NCBI GenBank assembly: GCA_947626555.1
Contig: CANQSP010000001.1
Coordinates: forward strand, 42-64,041
Length of the DNA: 64,000 bases
Reading direction: 5' to 3'
Origin: an uncultured Clostridia bacterium
Lineage (GTDB): Bacteria; Bacillota; Clostridia; TANB77; CAG-508
The position numbers were made by a program, and so were the translations under genes. Shown one piece after another: positions 60,690 through 64,000 of the stretch. The stretch's first letter is position 1, and every line of letters starts with the position of its first letter. Under the pieces are notes generated by a model. It worked only from the letters and a program-made list of their open reading frames with translations, was not told the DNA's origin and did not search any database.

Positions 60690-61442
60690 ATGTATATAAA
60701 TGAAATAAATATATTATACTATGTTCTTTTTGGTATAATAGGATTGTTTGTAGGACAATTTATAGATTGGTGTGATATACGTTTAGCGGAATATAAAAAA
60801 GTATTTTCAAAAGAATTTTTTACAGAATATAGGAAAATATTTAAGCCAAAATACATATTAATGTTTTCGACTGCTATAATATACATAGTTCTGTTATATT
60901 TATTTGGTAATAAAGAAGGAATTCTATATAAAATTGAATTTATAAAATATTTATTATTAACTCCTATGCTTATTTGTGCATTAGTAGTAGATTTAAAATA
61001 TCAAATTATACCGAATAGGCTAAATTTAACTTTACTTGAAGTAGGATTAGCTACTACATTTATACAGGGAATTTTGGATATAAATATAGCAATAAATATG
61101 CTACTAGGAGCTATTATTGGTGCTGGAGTTTTTTTGGCAATTACTGCAATAGGAGGTTTAATTGCTGGAAAGGAAGCAATGGGCTTTGGTGATATTAAAC
61201 TAATGGGGGCATTAGGATTATTTTTCGGATGGTTGAATATATTAGTAATTTCATTAATAGCTTTCTTATTAGGAGCAATAATAAGTATAATTTTATTAAT
61301 ATCAAGAAAAAAGAAAAAGGATGAATATATTGCCTTTGGACCGTTTATAGTAATTGCAACGTTTATAGTAATAATAGTACCTAATGAATTATTAATAAGT
61401 CTTTTATTGAAAATATTTACACTTGGAATGATAAATGCATAG
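60690..61442 (+). CDS. prepilin (type IV leader) peptidase, A24 family
   Basis: Polytopic membrane protein with GFGDIKL catalytic Asp region. Confidence 0.7.
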   Translation: MYINEINILYYVLFGIIGLFVGQFIDWCDIRLAEYKKVFSKEFFTEYRKIFKPKYILMFSTAIIYIVLLYLFGNKEGILYKIEFIKYLLLTPMLICALVVDLKYQIIPNRLNLTLLEVGLATTFIQGILDINIAINMLLGAIIGAGVFLAITAIGGLIAGKEAMGFGDIKLMGALGLFFGWLNILVISLIAFLLGAIISIILLISRKKKKDEYIAFGPFIVIATFIVIIVPNELLISLLLKIFTLGMINA

Positions 61443-61498
61443 TAGAAACATGAAAATATACACGTAGATATAATGAAAAGATGAAAGAAGGTGTTGTA

Positions 61499-62575
61499 AT
61501 GAATCCAAACATAAAGTGGTTAAGAGAAAAGATGAAATTATTAGATATGCAAGGAGCAATAATTTCAAATCCAGTAAATATAAGATATTTAACAGGAATA
61601 GTTGCAGAGGGAATATTGTTAATAACTAGAAAGGAAAATATATATTTAACGGATGGGCGTTATACAGAAGCTGTAAATAGTGTGCTAACAGTAGATGATG
61701 AAATTATAGTACATGAATTTAAAGATTTTTCAAATGATGAATATGAAAATTTCTTTCTTTTTTGTGAAAACGTAGGATTTGAAGGCGATTATGTGACATA
61801 TAATGGTTATAGAAACTTTATGCAAAGATATAAAATAAATAATCTTCAAGAGATGGAAAAAGTAATAGAAAAGCAAAGAATGATAAAAGATTCTGAAGAA
61901 ATAGAAAAAATAACAAAGGCTTGTGAAATTACAGACGAATGTTTTAAACATTTATTAGATTTTATAAAAATTGGAAAAACAGAAAAAGAAATTGCTATAG
62001 AAATAGAAACATATTTTAAAACTCATGGAGCAGATGGAGTATCATTTGATCCTATAGTAGCTTCAGGTAAAAATTCATCAAAACCGCATGCAGTACCTAC
62101 AGATAAAAGGATAGATTTAGGAGATGTAATAACAATAGATATGGGGTGCAAATATGAAGGTTATTGTTCAGATATGACAAGAACAATATTTGCAGGTTAT
62201 ATTCCAGAAGAAACCAAAAAAATCTATGATTTAGTATTAGATAATCAATTAAAAGTACAAGAAGAATTAAAAGAAGGAGCAAATGTTAAGACACTTACTA
62301 AAATGGTGGAAAGTTCATTTGAAGAAAACAATTATTCTTTAGTACATAGTTTAGGACATGGAGTAGGATTAGATATACATGAATATCCTTATTTAGCAAA
62401 TAAAAATGATTTTTTATTAAAAGATAAAATGGTGGTAACAAATGAACCAGGAATATATATACCAGAAAACTTTGGAGTTAGAATAGAAGATACTGTTTTA
62501 ATTACAAAAAATGGTTGTATAAATTTAACCAAATCAGACAAAAATTATATTATAGTAGATAAACAGCTAAACTAA
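61499..62575 (+). CDS. Xaa-Pro aminopeptidase / M24B family peptidase
   Basis: HSLGHGVGLDIHE, NEPGIY, RIEDTV metal ligands; ATG 61499 after AAGAAGGTG; stop TAA completed by MITE E. Confidence 0.85.
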   Translation: MNPNIKWLREKMKLLDMQGAIISNPVNIRYLTGIVAEGILLITRKENIYLTDGRYTEAVNSVLTVDDEIIVHEFKDFSNDEYENFFLFCENVGFEGDYVTYNGYRNFMQRYKINNLQEMEKVIEKQRMIKDSEEIEKITKACEITDECFKHLLDFIKIGKTEKEIAIEIETYFKTHGADGVSFDPIVASGKNSSKPHAVPTDKRIDLGDVITIDMGCKYEGYCSDMTRTIFAGYIPEETKKIYDLVLDNQLKVQEELKEGANVKTLTKMVESSFEENNYSLVHSLGHGVGLDIHEYPYLANKNDFLLKDKMVVTNEPGIYIPENFGVRIEDTVLITKNGCINLTKSDKNYIIVDKQLN

Positions 62576-62904
62576 TAGGGACGGGGTTAAATAGTTTAGC
62601 ACTTATTTTTAAGTTAAACTAATAGGGACGGAGTTAAATAGTTTAACAACTTAATTGTCATATAGCAAAACATTAATATTATATATTTTTAAGTAGTTCG
62701 TGAGGACCGTTTTAGAAAATGTTACAGACATGTGTGAGTTACATTTTCTTAAATGGGGCAACGCAAAAATATATAATATTCATGTTTTGCAAATAGTATA
62801 AATAAAATTTTGTTAAACTATTTAACTCCGTCCCTATTAGTTTAATTGTTACTTTATAAATTACGAATCGTGCTAAACTATTTAACCCCGTCCCTATTAG
62901 TTTA
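62570..62904. mobile_element. MITE-like element copy E (family 2, nested); all four TIR copies carry the CTAATAGG variant
   Basis: Left AACTAATAGGGACGG / right CCGTCCCTATTAGTT and inner TIRs share the same TATT->TAAT change. Confidence 0.8.
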
Positions 62905-62989
62905 AGTTATACTATTGATTTTTAACTATAAATGTGGTATTATGTATAAGATTAAATAAGATATGAAATAAAGAAAGGGGAATTAAATT

Positions 62990-63556
62990 ATGGCAGAAGT
63001 ATATATGGCAGGAGATTTTAGAAATGGAACAACATTTGAAATGGAAGGAAATGTATACAAAGTAGTAGAATTTCAACATGTAAAACCAGGAAAAGGAGCA
63101 GCTTTCGTAAGAACAAAATTAAAAAATGTAATAACAGGAGCAGTGTTAGAAAAAACATTTAATCCTTCAGAAAAATATCCAGGAGCAGAAATAGAAAAAA
63201 GAGAAATGCAATATTTATATAAAGATGGAGACTTATATTACTTTATGGATAACGAAACATATGAGCAAATTCCATTAAATGAAGATCAAATAGGAGATGC
63301 TTTAAAATATATAAAGGAAAATATGAGTGTTAAAATATTATCATATAAAGGAAAGGTTTTCTCAGTAGAACCACCAATGTTTGTTGAATTAGAAGTTACA
63401 TATACAGAGCCAGGTTTTAGTGGAAATACATCAACAACAGCAGGAAAACCTGCAACATTAGAAAATGGTTATGAAATATCAGTTCCATTATTTATAAACA
63501 TAGGAGATGTTATTAGAATAGATACAAGAACAGGCGAATATATGGAAAGAATATAA
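62990..63556 (+). CDS. efp: elongation factor P
   Basis: [19 protein letters not shown] (KPGKG loop), 188 aa. Confidence 0.93.
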   Translation: MAEVYMAGDFRNGTTFEMEGNVYKVVEFQHVKPGKGAAFVRTKLKNVITGAVLEKTFNPSEKYPGAEIEKREMQYLYKDGDLYYFMDNETYEQIPLNEDQIGDALKYIKENMSVKILSYKGKVFSVEPPMFVELEVTYTEPGFSGNTSTTAGKPATLENGYEISVPLFINIGDVIRIDTRTGEYMERI

Positions 63557-63581
63557 ATTTAGAAAAGAGGATTTATAATAT

Positions 63582-64000
63582 ATGTCAGGCATAAGTGAAA
63601 ATTATAATAGGATATTATCTGAAATAGAACAAAAAATATCTAATCCAGATGAAAAAGAATTTGTAAAAAATAAAGTAGCAGAGTTAATGTTAATATTTAT
63701 GGATACTATTGATAAGATATCTGATGTTGTAGAAACAGAAATAGGTGATATACAAGAAAGACAAAAAGAGTTAAAATTAAATATGGAGAGTATATCTAAA
63801 AAAGTAAATAGAATTGAAGATGATATTTATGAAGATGATGAAGATTTTGATTTAGAGATAGTTTGTCCATATTGCAATCACGAGTTTGTGGCAGATTTAG
63901 ATGAAGAAAATAATATAAAAGATGAAGTAGAATGTCCAGAATGTCATAATATTATAGAGTTAGATTGGAACGAAGAAGATGAGGATGGTTGCTCAGGTTT
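63582..64000 (+). CDS. hypothetical protein with C-terminal CxxC...CxxC zinc ribbon (3' end outside window)
   Basis: AAGAGGA RBS; coiled-coil N-part then CPYCNHEF...CPECHN. Confidence 0.45.
   Translation, partial: MSGISENYNRILSEIEQKISNPDEKEFVKNKVAELMLIFMDTIDKISDVVETEIGDIQERQKELKLNMESISKKVNRIEDDIYEDDEDFDLEIVCPYCNHEFVADLDEENNIKDEVECPECHNIIELDWNEEDEDGCSG

Noticed and set aside
53986-62904. Possibility that the recurring 30-bp repeats are a CRISPR array
   Set aside because: The repeats are in inverted orientation as TIR pairs. Spacing is irregular (kb-scale between copies) and each unit is flanked by TA, so this is a MITE not CRISPR.

Overview
Low-GC, AT-rich Firmicute window, Clostridium-like, with sporulation genes (cotJABC, cotF-like, sleB, lonC-like). 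Conserved core genes make up the backbone. The first block is the alpha ribosomal-protein operon adk-map-infA-rpmJ-rpsM-rpsK-rpsD-rpoA-rplQ. After it come recN, pyk, a frameshifted cdd, hlyIII and an nrnA-like DHH phosphoesterase. The second block is ylxM-ffh-rpsP-KH-rimM-trmD-rplS, followed by a lon-like protease, tsaB-rimI, tRNA-Gln, eno, dxs, ylmH-like, pyrG, sleB, yqeG, a prepilin peptidase, an M24 Xaa-Pro peptidase and efp. Several accessory features sit between these. (1) The spore-coat gene cotJC is split in two by a ~5.0 kb element. The element carries a large serine recombinase, an alpha/beta hydrolase, small ORFs and a dense array of operator-like palindromes and iterons. Its ends are imperfect-palindrome att sites with a 13-bp direct repeat, and precise deletion would restore an in-frame 218-aa CotJC. 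This resembles the sigK 'skin' developmental rearrangement in architecture. (2) A family of five ~265-335 bp elements has perfect terminal inverted repeats (AACTATTAGGGACGGGG...) and TA target duplications. Four of the five sit exactly at gene stop codons, and their first A completes TAA/TAG. Three copies are nested MITE-in-MITE composites, one with its inner segment inverted. (3) A 13.6 kb gene encodes a 4525-aa surface protein. It has a signal peptide, cohesin-like and dockerin modules either side of a TM hairpin, ~13 tandem ~290-aa modules, an HExxH/GLUG M26-like metalloprotease region and C-terminal 15-aa tandem repeats. (4) A visibly GC-rich single-gene island encodes a membrane-anchored SleB/CwlJ-type hydrolase. 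(5) A 433-aa RelA/SpoT-synthetase-fold protein has a large insertion. (6) Two paralogous ThyX-like genes have the catalytic RHR displaced. (7) cdd and a radical-SAM gene each carry a +1 frameshift caused by an inserted C. (8) L17 has an internal insertion and L19 a C-terminal acidic tail.
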